Assembly: GCA_043228905.1 (NCBI GenBank) | Contig: JBHGNT010000014.1 | Location: forward strand, 12,958,001 to 13,022,000 | DNA: 64,000 bases | Direction: 5' to 3' | From: Azolla caroliniana | Taxonomy: Eukaryota; Plantae; Polypodiophyta | Part shown: positions 13,319 through 26,564 of the stretch, one piece after another | Numbering within the stretch: the stretch's first letter is position 1 | Layout: every line of letters starts with the position of its first letter | Position numbers and translations under genes: made by a program | The notes under the pieces: model-generated | What the model saw: the letters and a program-made list of their open reading frames with translations, nothing else | Database searches by the model: none | What the model was told of the DNA's origin: nothing

Positions 13319-16300
13319 TGTTGGCATCTTAGGCCAAAGTATGAAAGGGGAGTCGATTCTGGGATAAACGGAGTTGTAATTGGAATTAATTATTATAAAT
13401 ATAAGATCGGAGAGACGAACCCGGAATCAGTATGCCGATCCGGATATGATGTAACCGAGGATGGATAATTAATAGAGAAGTGCTATTATTTTCATATTTT
13501 GTCTATCCTGTTATTTCCGTTCTGTGCTTAATGATGTTTATTCTACACGTGTAACTAATCAATCCGGATAACAATCGGAGAGGGTCGGTTCTGTGTTTCA
13601 GCCTTCCCATTCCTTACCGTACCACCCCTTTGGTGAAGTGTTCCAGAAGGACACCCTAGTTTAGTGGCTTGTCTAGCCCAGGATTAACACAATTTTGGTG
13701 ACCACGATTCGTGTAGAAAGTAGTGAACAATGGGGCAATGGATGACTAAGCCAACAAACGACCCAATTGCCGAACGAGCAAAAAGACTGGCCGAGAGACT
13801 GCAGAAGCACGAGGCTTACCATCAGGCAGCAGAGGAAATCTAGTCAGATCGGTCTTTTTCCAGAGTGATTTAGCGGGTCGTAGAGGAGTCACTCTGATTG
13901 CAATAGAACCACCACTCGGACGAAGGAAGTAGTCTGAGTAGTTTGGAGGAAGTGGAGTCCATTCTGCAAACACTTGCCGCCATAGACGGCGGTTCGGAAG
14001 TGTTCTCCGCCATCGAATCGGATTCGGACGGCGAACATAGTGTCCAATCGAATTATCGTAGTAGCCACGATACACCAAACGACCCAGAAGACGACGAGTC
14101 AGACCACATACCGACACCGGAGCCGGACAAAACGACCGGCACGGACCACCAAGAGGAGGAGCGAGTTCCAATACCAGCCCTGACAACACAAGAAGACGAC
14201 GACACAATGCCTTATCAATATCCAAAGTATCGGGATGAGCCGAACGGGGAAGCCCACTTATATGTGTTTCTCCAAACATCGGAGGCGAACCATGTCTCCA
14301 AATTATTGACCGAAGCAGAGGCCGAACGATAAAAATAGTAGAATTCAGCATGACTCTAGAGGGACCAACAACACGATGGCACTCTAAGAACCTCCTCGGC
14401 AGTATTGCCACGTTTGAAGAGTTAAAGACAAGATTTCTACGATTCTTCCACAGACTAGTGAATCTAAGAGAAATTGTCGGGCAATTCTATATGACATGAC
14501 AGGACCCGTCAGAAACCATTCAGCAGTTCGTTATCCGGTTCCAAACGATGCATAGTCAACTCACCAGGGCACCGCTAGAAGAAGAAGCAAAAGCGGTATT
14601 TTTGATAGCGCTCCGGGAACCCCTCCGAACCGTGTGTGCGGTCATAGATTTTCGGACCAGCACAATAGACCAGGTCATTGACCGGGTCATGGAGATGGAC
14701 AAAACTAATTCGTGGTTGACAATGGGAGCACTCCAAAGAACACTCCCTACCAAAGAGGACCTATGCTTTTGCCAGGCATTCCAATGCACGACATGCCTTA
14801 ATTCTGGGCACTCAACAATAGAGTGCACGATGAGATCGCAGTGCATGCTATGCCATTCCCGGTCACACACAATTGACCGTTGTGAATACAACTTGCTAAA
14901 TTGGCAAGCTGCAATAGTCCGGCACATCGAAACCCGGAATGACTGAGAGGATGGAGAAGAATGATTTCGGCAAGACGATCGCTACAGACCGATACAAGAT
15001 GTCTGATACAACAATAGACGGGACGATTATGACCGGCATCGGAATGATGGAAGTCGTGACTATAACGGCGATTGTTATGAATGAGATTACTCCCCCAGCT
15101 ACAATAGGAGGAGAGAGGATCAACGGGGAGACTATGATGATCGGCGCTGGCAAGGATATCGGAACAACCGACACAATAATAAAAAATGAAATGCTTGAAA
15201 AGAGGAGTGTCGGGAACCGGTGAAGGATTACCAACGGGAGCCGGATAGAAGCCTAACTAGCACTCAATTGGAACAACGAAGGATAGGGGAGCCCAACTGG
15301 GCAGTATTCGGTTTTCATCTGAGTAACGCGCCAAAAGTAGAGTCTAGCAATACATGGAAGGTGTATTGCTACTATTGCCGGTAGGACGGGCACTACAACA
15401 ATCAATGTCCAATGAAGCCTAACGAAAAACGGCCGGCAGTCAACATGGTGGTCACGGACGTGGCCGCCATCCAGCAAGTCACTGCCAGGTCGAAAGGAAA
15501 GATGGCCGAATGGGAGGTTCAGGAAGCAATCCGAAAACAAGCCACCGAATGGATCGAAAAAGCAAATGAACGGAATGTCACCAAACTACAGGAGCAGAGG
15601 AAAACATCAGAGGAACCCACAGAGACGATGCAGCAAGAGAACCCCACATGGTAGGCACTACAAGAATGCCAGATCATGCTACCCCTAGGTCGGTTGCTGC
15701 AATTAGTGCTCCAATTCAACGATGGGTTAAAATCAGCATTGGCCTCACCAAGTTCCGCACCAGCTCCGGCGTTCTTCTCAAATTCGGAAGAGGGACCGGT
15801 AGCGGTCGACACGAGCAGTCCAACAATCACCGCCATCATCAAAGGACGAGATGTACCGGGGACAATTGTTGATGGTGGATCGGGAGTAAATGTAATAAGC
15901 CTATGAACATGTGACACTCTCGGAATCTAGGAATGGGAACCATGCCCGTTTTGGCTCTGGATTGCGGACACCAAATCAGTACGACTGGCCGGATTGATTT
16001 GGGACTTGGAAGTGACAATTGGAGGCCATGCCTTCCGGATTTTTGCGGTGGTTCTCCAGTTAAACATGAAGGAGCATATCCTCTGTTGCTGGGACGACCA
16101 TGGTTACGTACTGCTCATATTAAACAAAACTGGTAGAAGAACAATATTACGTTCCGAAGAGGCAAAACTAAGGTGAGAGTACCAACACAAACCTGTGCAG
16201 GCCCAAGCAAGGAGGTGTATGCCAAAAGCGTGAACATGCTGGAAGCGCTTGCTGATGAAGAAGTAGATCGATACCTCGAGGAGAACCCTAAGATAGTCCC

Positions 16301-19300
16301 TTCGTTAAAAGTAGACATTGTCGAAGCTGTCTCCCCATATATCGTGCACCTGGACGATGCCGGTGAGGAGCCGGATCCGGACGCAATTCGGGAACTGCGC
16401 CAAGCACAAGAAGCCCTAGAGCGGGAGATGGCGGTATCACAACGTGTGAAAGCATCACAGTTGGAAGAAGTGAATTTAGGAATTGGGGAAGAAACAAGAC
16501 CGGTACATGTGGCCAAAGAAATGCCACCGGAGGAGAAATCGGAATGGTAACATTATTGAAAAAATTTCGGGATGTATTTGTGTGGTCATATGAGGATATG
16601 CGGGGACAGGACCCACAATTGTATGAGCACCAGATCCATTTGAGCAAGGATGCGAAATTGGTAGCACAGAGATGTTACCGGATGAATTCGAATTATGCGG
16701 CTAAGGTGGAGGAGATCGATAAGTTGTTGCAGGTCGGTTTCACCTTTAAGCCTGATTGTGGTCGTACTTATGAAAAACGGAAAAATACGGGTCTGTGTAG
16801 ATTACCGGAAATTAAACGTTGTCACTGTCACCAATGGATTTTCACTTCCATTTACGGATGGAGTCTTGGATGTGGTGGTAGGTCACAAGGTGTATAGTTT
16901 CCTTGACGGATTCAACGGGTATAACCAAATCAGGATGCACCCTGACGGCCAGGAGATAACAGCGAACGTAACTGAATGGTGAGTCTTCATAGCGGTCGTG
17001 ATGATGTTCAGACTAAAGATGGCACCAACAATGTTCCAATGAATCATCATGGAAATTTTCGGGGAGTTTACCCCATTGTTTATGCAGGTGTTTTTAGATG
17101 ACTTTGCGGTGTATAGCAAGAAAGGAGAACAACTTGACCATCTTCGGTTATGCCTGGAAAAATGCAGAGGTTACTGACTAAGTCTGAATCCGGCGAAATG
17201 CGTATTCGGGGTAACCAGCAGCACACTACTAGGTCATATGGTTAGTAAGGATAGGATCGCAGCAAACCTAGATAAAGTTAGATCCATTTGGAAGCACCTT
17301 CACCGACGATCGCCAAAGCTTTAAGCTGGTATTTAGGACAGATCCGGTGGCATAGCCGGATGCTCCGATACTTGGCCGACCTTGGGACACCACTACATGC
17401 AGTCGTACACTGGACACCCTTTCAATGGATGGAACTAGAGGATAGGGCATACCATGCGCTCAAAGTAATGCTATCCCAGGCACTGGTGGTACAACCCTCA
17501 GATTGGTCAAAGGAATTTCATGTGTTTGTGGATGCATCTGATATTGCGATTGGCAATGTTCTTATGTACCTCACCGAACCAAAGTGGTACTGGCCAGTTT
17601 ACTACACCAGTCAGAAGCTCTCCTAGGCAGAACGGAATTATTCGACAATGGAAAGGGAAGCATTGGGAATGGTATATACTATAACGAAGTACCATCATTA
17701 CTTGCTGGGACAGAAATTCTTATTCCATGTGGATCATTCGACATTGTTGTACTTGGTCTCCAAATCATCGTTAACCGGCAAACTAGCACGATGGACGTTG
17801 CTTCTACAGGAGTTCAAATTTGAAATCTACCACAGATCGGGAGTACAACATGCAGTAGCGGATTACTTCAGTCAGTTAGAATCTAGAGAGGTAGGTGACG
17901 GAGTCCGCGACGAACTACCGGACGCGCAACTGTTTAGGGTAACAGTAGAAAACACGATCGCCAGGACAATCGCCGAGGAGGACAAATTACTGATGAATAT
18001 GCATCACTTCCTCAGCACCGGACTACGTCTGAAAGAGTTAAACCGAGACGGGCGGAAATAGTTGGCGGTACAAGGTTGGCTCTTTTGTTTATTCCAGGAT
18101 ACATTGTACCACAAGGAAGCGGATGGTATATAGCGAAGAGCAATCCGGAGCGATGAAAAGGACACAATTTTACGGGAAGCTCACTGTGGAGTCATTGGAG
18201 GACACTACATTGGAGATGCAACAGCAATGAAGATATGATAAAGCAGATTATGGTGGCCTACAACACTGAAGGAGTCGATGCGAGATGCAAAGGAATGCGA
18301 CTTATGTCAATGAATGGGCCAACCGACAGAGCAAGCGAGGATGCCACATCAGCTAGGGTTATCACTAGAGCCGTTTCAAAAATGGGGATTGGACTTTGTC
18401 GGACCCTTTAAGCCTCCGACAATAAGAACTGGAAACCGGCAAATTAATGTGGCAATGGACTACTGCACAAAGTGGATTGAAGCAAAGGCACTGAAGGACA
18501 ATACCGCGACGTCAACGACCAAGTTCCTATACGACTACATCTAGTGTCGTTACGGATGTCCAATCGAACTAATCAGTGATCAAGGTGGACACTTCCCCTG
18601 ACAAGTGGTGGACAGCTTAACATCATTTTATGCGATGGTGCACAAACGGAGTACACCATATTATCCGCAGGCCAACGGATTGGCCGAATCCACCAACAAG
18701 ACCTTGTAGAATATTCTTCGAAAAATAGTTAATGAAAACCGGACCGACTGGGACACGAAACTACAGAGTGCGCTCTGGGCTTACCGAATTGCTTACAAGA
18801 CGAGTATCCGGACAACACCATTCCAGTTAGCTTTCGGATTCGAAACGGAAATGCTGATGGAGTTTCAAATTCCAAGTTTGCGGATTCAAGTCTGGGAAAG
18901 GTGAAGTGAGAAGGAATCAGAAAAAATCCAGCTAGCGACATTGTATGAACTAGAAGAGCTCTGGATAGCTAGCGTTCTGCAGTTAGAGCTCGAGCAACGA
19001 TGACGGAAAGCGTTTGTCGACCGGCACTGAAAGGGAAATGAGAAAATGTTCAAAATCGAGAAGCCGGTTCTGGTGTTTCAGACCCGTATGGGCAAGATGC
19101 CAAGAAAGTTACGGTTTTGGTGGACCGGACTGTACTGGATAACACATGAGTTCAAAGGGTCGTATCAGCTAGGAACACTGGCTCGCAAAATCTAGGAGAA
19201 GTGGGTAAACGGGAACCCATTCAAACAAACAGAGGATGGAGCAGGAACCGGAAGCAGTATTCGGATAGACGGCAACCCAGAGGAACCTACTACGGATCTG

Positions 19301-20588
19301 GTGTTGCCGGATACGATGGAAAAGGAATAACACGTGTCCTTAGAAAAGAAAAAGAAAAAGAAAAGCATGAGAAAGAGTGGTAGTAAATGAACGGACACCA
19401 TGAAACAACGTGACGTCAGGTATTTAAAGCGCACCACGTGGGGTACAACTTCTATAATAGTACACAACGTGCATGCGTGGGAATCAGGAAAAGGCGGCAA
19501 GATAGGAACACAAAACATCTGCTTTACAGAGTCTCTCTCATGTCGCGAACACAAAGCACTTAGCACACAAAGGCGGATACAGGTGATTAGGCGAACAAGA
19601 CACTACCGCAGACACCCCAAAGCTTACAACCGCCACTGAAGAAGAGGACACACTGGAGCCCATGGCGCTCTCCGAGACTGCCAAGAATTGGTTTACACAT
19701 CATGGATTGGAGGGTTATTGCCGGATAGCAGAAGCACCTCCCCACGAAGAACCGGAAAAGGTCGCAAAGAAGATCGACCTAGAGGAAATAACAGAGGAGG
19801 CTACCCGAGCCCTAATAAGATTGCTAGAGGGAGGGCTCTACTCTATTGACAATCCTTCTCCAGAGACACTAAGAAAGTTCTTTGACGAGTACTCCCTTGC
19901 CAACAAAGCGTATCGGACATAGGGCAGTGATGACGCCTTGTTCCGAGAAGTAGCTCGTGTGCTCCACGAGTACGGGTTCGTGCACCCCCGACTCCCGGCA
20001 ATGCCTAAGCATAGAGTCGGGTTCATCATCGCAACATACGAAGGGGTGAAAGAGGACCGGTCAGCAATCATCGCCGATTCTCTATGAGTGGCCATCCAAT
20101 CCGTAGTGGATGGCAAGAAAGTATGGACGGCGGTGGTCCAATGGCTCACCCTCCTCGCACCACTAGTGCCGACAATAAAGGCGAAGAAGCGGGCCCGAGT
20201 AGCGGATGCAATTCCAAGCAAGCCGTTGAAGCAGCAACAACTCCTCACCAACCACAGTCCGGGTTGGACAGAGGGAGTATCGGCACAAAAGAAAAAGGAA
20301 TAGCGGGCAGCTGGAAGCGGTAGGCAAAGACCGAGGCCCCGGTAGAACCACTAGTAAAGCCTCTTAAAATTAAACTACGTTGGCAAGAGCGAGATCCACC
20401 CACCTTGGCTCAAAGAATTAACATCGGAACCCAAGAGGAGGAGGCGGAGGAAGAACCCGCCGACAATTGCCTACGACGTTAGAAGAGAAGCGATGCGGAG
20501 CAACAAGGGGACGAGTCGGGTCCGGTAGAGGACAACACACAGAGTCCCAGCTCCGAGGGACAAGATCCAAGGCAAGAGATCGGGCCTA
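13319..20588 (+). mobile_element. Ty3/gypsy element G1 (non-chromovirus, Phygy/Athila/Tat-like), 5' part, degenerate
   Basis: 5' LTR at 13319-13689; PBS TGGTGACCACGA at 13696-13707. Gag has Cys/His knuckles (about 14200-15650), then protease IVDGGSGVNVI, RT (RVCVDYRKLN, FLDGFNGYNQI, FLDDF), RNase H (FVDASDIAIG) and integrase (WGLDFVGP), then an extra ORF from 19662. Confidence 0.9.
19662..20588 (+). pseudogene. G1 extra ORF downstream of pol, N-terminal part
   Basis: MALSETAKNWFTHHGLEGYCRIAEAPPH...FFDEYSLANKAYRT; homologous to the ORFs at about 40955 and 57053. Confidence 0.65.
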
Positions 20589-23500
20589 TGTTGTCCGCCA
20601 GAATTGTCACCGCCGGATATAACACATGAGCTATAGAGTATTATATTAGGAGCGTTAAAATTAATGCGTGTAACAGTCGTACGTAGGGAGCGTAACTGAT
20701 TAGAGAACCTATATATATAAAGGGCGAGAGACCATTGTAATAGCTAGCATATTCTAAGAGTGAAGTTTTAATATAGTTTATCTTCTCTGATCTTGGTGTC
20801 CTGTCCATTGGTTGATTGGTATCTTGTTTCCGTGTCTCGTTCTCTGTACAAGACTGTGTTACAGTTAACACAAAGTAAGGACGCGTTGGGTACTATGCCC
20901 TAAGGAGGCTAGGTTGTAGCCATCTCCTCCTTACGGCCTACTGATCACGCACTACACATCTATATTCCCTTGCACCACAATCACCTTGTAAGTTACCCCG
21001 AAGGACTCAGGGTAGCTTGTGTTCCTAACCGGTAAAACTTTTGGCACGCCTGGTGGTCTGTGAATTCTCACAGCCGAGCAAGCAAGGAATGGAGGTCTAG
21101 TCACTGACATATCAAAGAACCTACGCGACAAGATCGACCACTAACTAGATCCATCACTAGACAGACAGAAGAATGCGCTACGGGAAAACACTGCCTCAAC
21201 AACCATACCTCCTCTTTCCAAGAGTATACGGTACACTCCACGCTCACAAAATAGAACAACTTCGATCACAAAGTCTTATAGCCACACTATCAAAGTAGTG
21301 CGAACAAATGCCACAATAGCCCACACCATGGGGTAGGTAGCCTTTGTTGGCCTACCGTCACCATCGTGACCAGATTCACTTTCTCGTAGCCCCGTTTTAA
21401 CGGAGAAACCGATGTTGCGAGCCACATACGATCATTCCTAAATGTCTAGAATGCTAATCACATTGCGCAGTGGTTTCCAGATGTGGAAGGTCACTCTTCG
21501 AAGATCGCCGAGTTCGGGTTAACTTTGGACAGTCGGGCTACGTGCTAGCATTCCCACATGAATCTGGTAGCAATCACAACCTTCAACCAATTGCAATCGG
21601 CGTTCTTGCGTTTTTTTCATCGGAGGGTGCCACAACGTGAAATAATCAGGCAGTTCTATACCATCAAGAAACATCCCATACAATCCGTAGCGGATTTCAA
21701 ATTGTGTTTCTAGAGTCTATGACGGAACCTTAAACGGGCCCCGACGGACGAAGAGGCCTAAGAAATGTTTTTGGCGCCCCTAAGACGGCCTATCCGGACG
21801 ACACTGAACATGCACAGTGTGAAAGGGGAGATGTCGGATATGGTCATCGAGCGAGCATTACAGCTTGAGTTAGAGGAGGAAAATGAAGGAGTGTCCATGG
21901 CATCGCTACGGTAGGCATTGCCCCAAGAAGAGGAACATCGATTCTGTCAAAGAACGGAGCGTCAATACTGTCACCACCATAACAACAACGGAAGAGGAAG
22001 AGTACCAAAAGACCAACCGTTATAATCGCTAGGGGCATCACTACGACAATCAACGGCCCACTCACAATCGCGGAGGACTCAACGGACCTCATCCAAATGG
22101 TAACAATCGTCCGCCTAGGGACCAACGCCGTTATGAGGAGAGCTCAAAAGACGAACAACGCCCTGTGCTGCACCAAGAATATCGTCAACAACCCTAGAAT
22201 AACAAGCCAATTCAACAACCCCAGGAAGAGCAAGCCGCATCGGAAGAAACAAATACAACATCAATATTAGAGAGAGGCGAGTCAAGCGTACATTGTTTCA
22301 CATGCCAGCAGCCCGACCATTACGCGACGCAGTGTCCACGTTGCAAAGGTAAGGAACTAGCCATCAATACAATCACGACAGAAATCGAGCAGGTCACGGC
22401 ACGACAACAGGAGAAAAACACAGAATGTGCAGAACAAGATGAGATACACAAAAAAGCCCAGTCTTGGGTAGCAAATGTGGTGAATGCGGAGCATATGAAA
22501 CAAGAATCAACAAACACCTGCTCACAGACGAACGATAACGCATTAGCACCGCACCCCATATGGCAAGCATTGTGCAGACTATAAAATAACGTTGACCATG
22601 GATAAGCTCCTCCGCTTCGTCCCACGATTCCGACAAGTGGTGTAGAATTGTTTACGAGGCACAACCAGATTAGATGTATTGGACAATTTTGCAGAGTCTA
22701 GTACCAACCCAGTAGTAGTAACCCGTCGATTAAATTGGTGGCATCGTCGATGGGGGGTCCGACGAAAACGTAATTAGCACAAGCACGTGTACTCGACTGG
22801 GCATTATAGATTGGGAAGCATGGCCCTTCTGGCTCTGTATGGCAAACACCCGTTCCATCAGGCCCCTTGGGTTAATTCGGAAATAAGGAATTGTCGTCGG
22901 AGGCCATCACTTTGACATCTTTGCGGTGGTAATCGCATTAGATGATCCGGGAGCATATCCAATTCTGTTGGGAAGACCATGGTTACGTTCTTCTTATTGG
23001 GATTTCGGTCCCTCCAGATGGGATCTTGAGAACCGGATGTAGAAGACCCGGTGAGAACCGGATGTAGAAGACATATTTGTAAATATGTTTCTGAGTAAGC
23101 CCATTGAGGCTATATTTGGAAATAGTCCTCAGTTCATATAAGTATAAATATGACTTACGACAATCACTTTAGTGTAGTTGTGTTCATGTTGTGGTAACCG
23201 TTGTACAATGAGAGAGAGATACAAACATATACTCTGTTGTAACCTCATCAATGCGAAGAAACAGAGCCAAGTCGTTGCCTCCAAGTCTCTGATTGTACCC
23301 CTTCTCTTCATAGTGATAGTTTGGAATCTATGGGCACCCGTGGTTTTTCCCTAATAGGGTTTTCCACGTAAATATCCTGCGTCATTTTTTTTGTGTACAC
23401 TCCCCTTCCCATTTTTGTGTTTGATTCTTATAGAAGTGATTTACTACTCAGTTGCGGCCAAGCGATATTCCGCGCATTTCTCTTCAAACTGATATCAGAG

Positions 23501-25704
23501 CGAACAACACAGAAAATGGAAGAATCTTTTGGCGGCATGTTCAAGCTCACCGGCTCCAACTACTCAGTGTGGAAGTCAAAGATGAGGGATATGCTGGTGG
23601 TTAAAGATCTTTGGTTGCCGGTTCAGTTCGGGGACAAGAGACCGGACAAGATCGAGGCCACGGTGTGGGAGGTGATGCACATGAAGATGACGGCATACAT
23701 CCGGTGCTTCATCGACATGAGCCTATACAACAACTTTAATGAAGAGAGGAAGGCTCATGAACTCTGGGAGAAGATCGACATCATGTTCCACAACAAGAAT
23801 GTCGTTAATCGGGTTTCGGTATTTCGGAAGCTAGTGAGGCTCTGGTACCAAGATGGCTCCAGTATGGTAGAGCACATGAATGCCTTCTAGGGGCTGATAC
23901 ACCAAGCAACCTCATTGGAAGTACCTCTCGCCGATGAGGTACTTGCTCTACTCCTGCTCGGTTCCCTCCAAGATAGCTAGGAGACATTAGTTGTCACGTT
24001 GGGCAACGCCGGGCCAGAAGGAAAACAACTATCCCTAGCAAGAGTCAAGTCGAGCTTGCTAGATGAGGAGGCACATCAGAAAGACAAGGAGGTGATCTTT
24101 GACGCCAAATTCCTCACCGAATCGGAACGCAGAACGCGGAATCAGAGTCCCTAGAACCGGGAAAAGTCGGGGACACGGTCAAAGTCAAGGGGGAGGCCCA
24201 CTTGCTTCTATTGCGGCAAGCCGGGGCACTTCTAGAAGAACTATCGGGATTTCCGGAAAGACAAGGGACCCGACAATACCGATTCGAAGAAGTCACCGGA
24301 TCAAAATGGTTCAGATCGACAAGGCCCGGGCCGGATGGGAATGACAGCGATCGCGGCAAGTGAAGAAGAACTAATGCTCATCATAGAGGAGAGCGAGTTG
24401 AACCTTGCCGTCGATGAGACACCATGGGTTGTCGATTCCGGAGCGTCGTTCCACCTTACCCCGGACCGGAAATGCTTCTCATCCTACAGAGCTGGTGAGC
24501 ACGGTTGTGTCCGGATGGGGAATGAAGGGACATGCCGAATTATCGGCATAGGAGATGTGTTGTTGACGACATCAACCGGATGCAAGTTGTTGTTAAAGGA
24601 TGTCCGACATGTTCCAGAGGTTCAACTGAACCCGATATCAGCTGGTCAACTAGATGATGAAGGCTACATAGGTAGCATCCGGAACAATGTCATGAAGTTC
24701 TGCAAAGGGAGCTTAATAGTGGCTCGAGCCCGGAAGGTGAACACATTGTACTTGATGAATGCCCTGAAATTCCAGGAAGAACTGAATGTAGCATCCGACA
24801 CTACCGGTGAGCTATGGCACAAGAGACTATGTCTCATGAGCGAGAAGGGGATGAGGAGGCTTGCCGATGACAACCTCATTCCAGTGAAGGACGTGCATAT
24901 GGAGAGGTGCACCGACTGCTTGGCCGATAAGCAAAACCGGACCCCCTTCCGATCAAGGCCACTGATGAGACGTAATGCACCACTAGAGTTGGTGCATACC
25001 GATGAGTGTCAAGTGGACACGACGTCACATGCCAGATCGCAGTACTATTTGATGTTCATAGACGACCACAACTGAAAGCTGTGGGCCACACCGTTGAAGA
25101 AGAAGAACCAAGTGTTGTCCGTTTTCAAGGATCTCCGGAAGCTAAAGGCAGTTCGAGCAGATAACAGAGACGAATACCAAGGGCAGTTTGAGGAGTACTG
25201 CCGCTCGAAGGGAATCCGGCTCTAATTTACCATGCCGAAGACACCATAACTAAACGGGTTGGCCGAGAGGATGAACCGGACCATAATGGAGAGGGTCCGA
25301 AGTATGCTGGTACATGCAAAGTTACCCAAGACATTTTGGGCTGAGGCATTGGCGATAGAGACGTACATGATAAACAGATCACCCTTAGTGCCCTTGGATG
25401 GAGACACGCCACATATTCCTCGAATACGACGATGATGAGTTCGACTACTGAGTGTGGGATCCGGTCAACAAGAAGGTTTTCTGGAGTCGAGACATTATCT
25501 TCACGGAGGACATGACCCTTGCCGACTGGGAGTCGACGAAAGAGATAACGAACTCCGAGTCGACTGGTAAGGATTCGGATATGTCAGCTGATGTGGATAC
25601 CAGCTGGTCTACATCCGGATATGTAATGACTTATGCGGGGGGACCTGTATCATGGCAATTGTTGGGAGACAGGTCCCTCCAAATGGGAAGGGAGAAGAAC
25701 AGTG

Positions 25705-26075
25705 CCGACTACGGAGAGCCGGATGGTGTAGGCCCGGTGTGAACCGGATGAGGAGTACCCGACTACGGAGAGCCGGATGGTGCAGGCCCGGTGTGAACCG
25801 GATGAGGAGTACCCGGCTACGGAGAGCCGGATGGTGCAGGCCCGGTGAAGACCGGATGAGGAGTACCCGGCTACGGAGAGCCGGATGGTGCACGCCCGGT
25901 GTGAACCGGATGAGGAGTACCCGGCTACGGAGAGCCGGATGGTGCAGGCCCAGTGAAGTCCGGATGAGGAGTACCCGGCTACGGAGAGCCGGATGGTGCA
26001 GGTCCAATGTGAACCGGATGAGGAGTACCCGGCTACGGAGAGTCGGATGGTACAGGACCGGTGAGAACCGGAGGA
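25705..26075 (+). repeat. 54-bp tandem repeat (about 7 units) in U3 of the C2 5' LTR; about 4 units at about 30680-30900 in the 3' LTR
   Basis: Unit CGGCTACGGAGAGCCGGATGGTGCAGGCCCGGTGTGAACCGGATGAGGAGTACC, also visible as an 18-aa periodicity in the spurious ORFs. Confidence 0.95.
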
Positions 26076-26564
26076 AGAGACATATTCGTAAATATGTTTC
26101 TGAGAGCCCATCGAGGCTATATTTGTAAATAGCCGAAAAGTCATATTAGTATAAATATGACTTAGGGCAAACTTGTTATGTTGTTGTCAATTTCTGTCTT
26201 GCACGAAATCAGTGTGTGTAACTGTACAGAGAGAGAGAGAGAGAGAATGAGGTCGTTGCCCCTGTTGTAACCGCTGCCTGTGGCGAAGATCGTGAGCATG
26301 AGGTCGTTGCCGCCGTGGACTCACTGTTTTGTACATTCTTACATAGTGACAGTTTGCAGCCTGTGGACTGCCGTGGTTTTTCCCCTAGTTTGGGGTTTTC
26401 CACGTAAACCTCCTGTGTAGTGTGTGTATATCTTCCTCTCCTTTGTGTCGTGTTTTTTCTTCCCGTTTTCTGTGTATCATTCTACGCTCGGTTGTGGCCG
26501 AGCGTCGTGCATAAGGAACGTTAGGTTCCCGTCAAGTGGTATCAGAGCGAAATCGACACAGAAA

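Noticed and set aside
25609-26144. Repeat-protein ORFs (RLRRAGWC... and SSSGSHR...)
   Set aside because: They are translations of the 54-bp LTR tandem repeat, open on both strands only because the unit length is a multiple of three.
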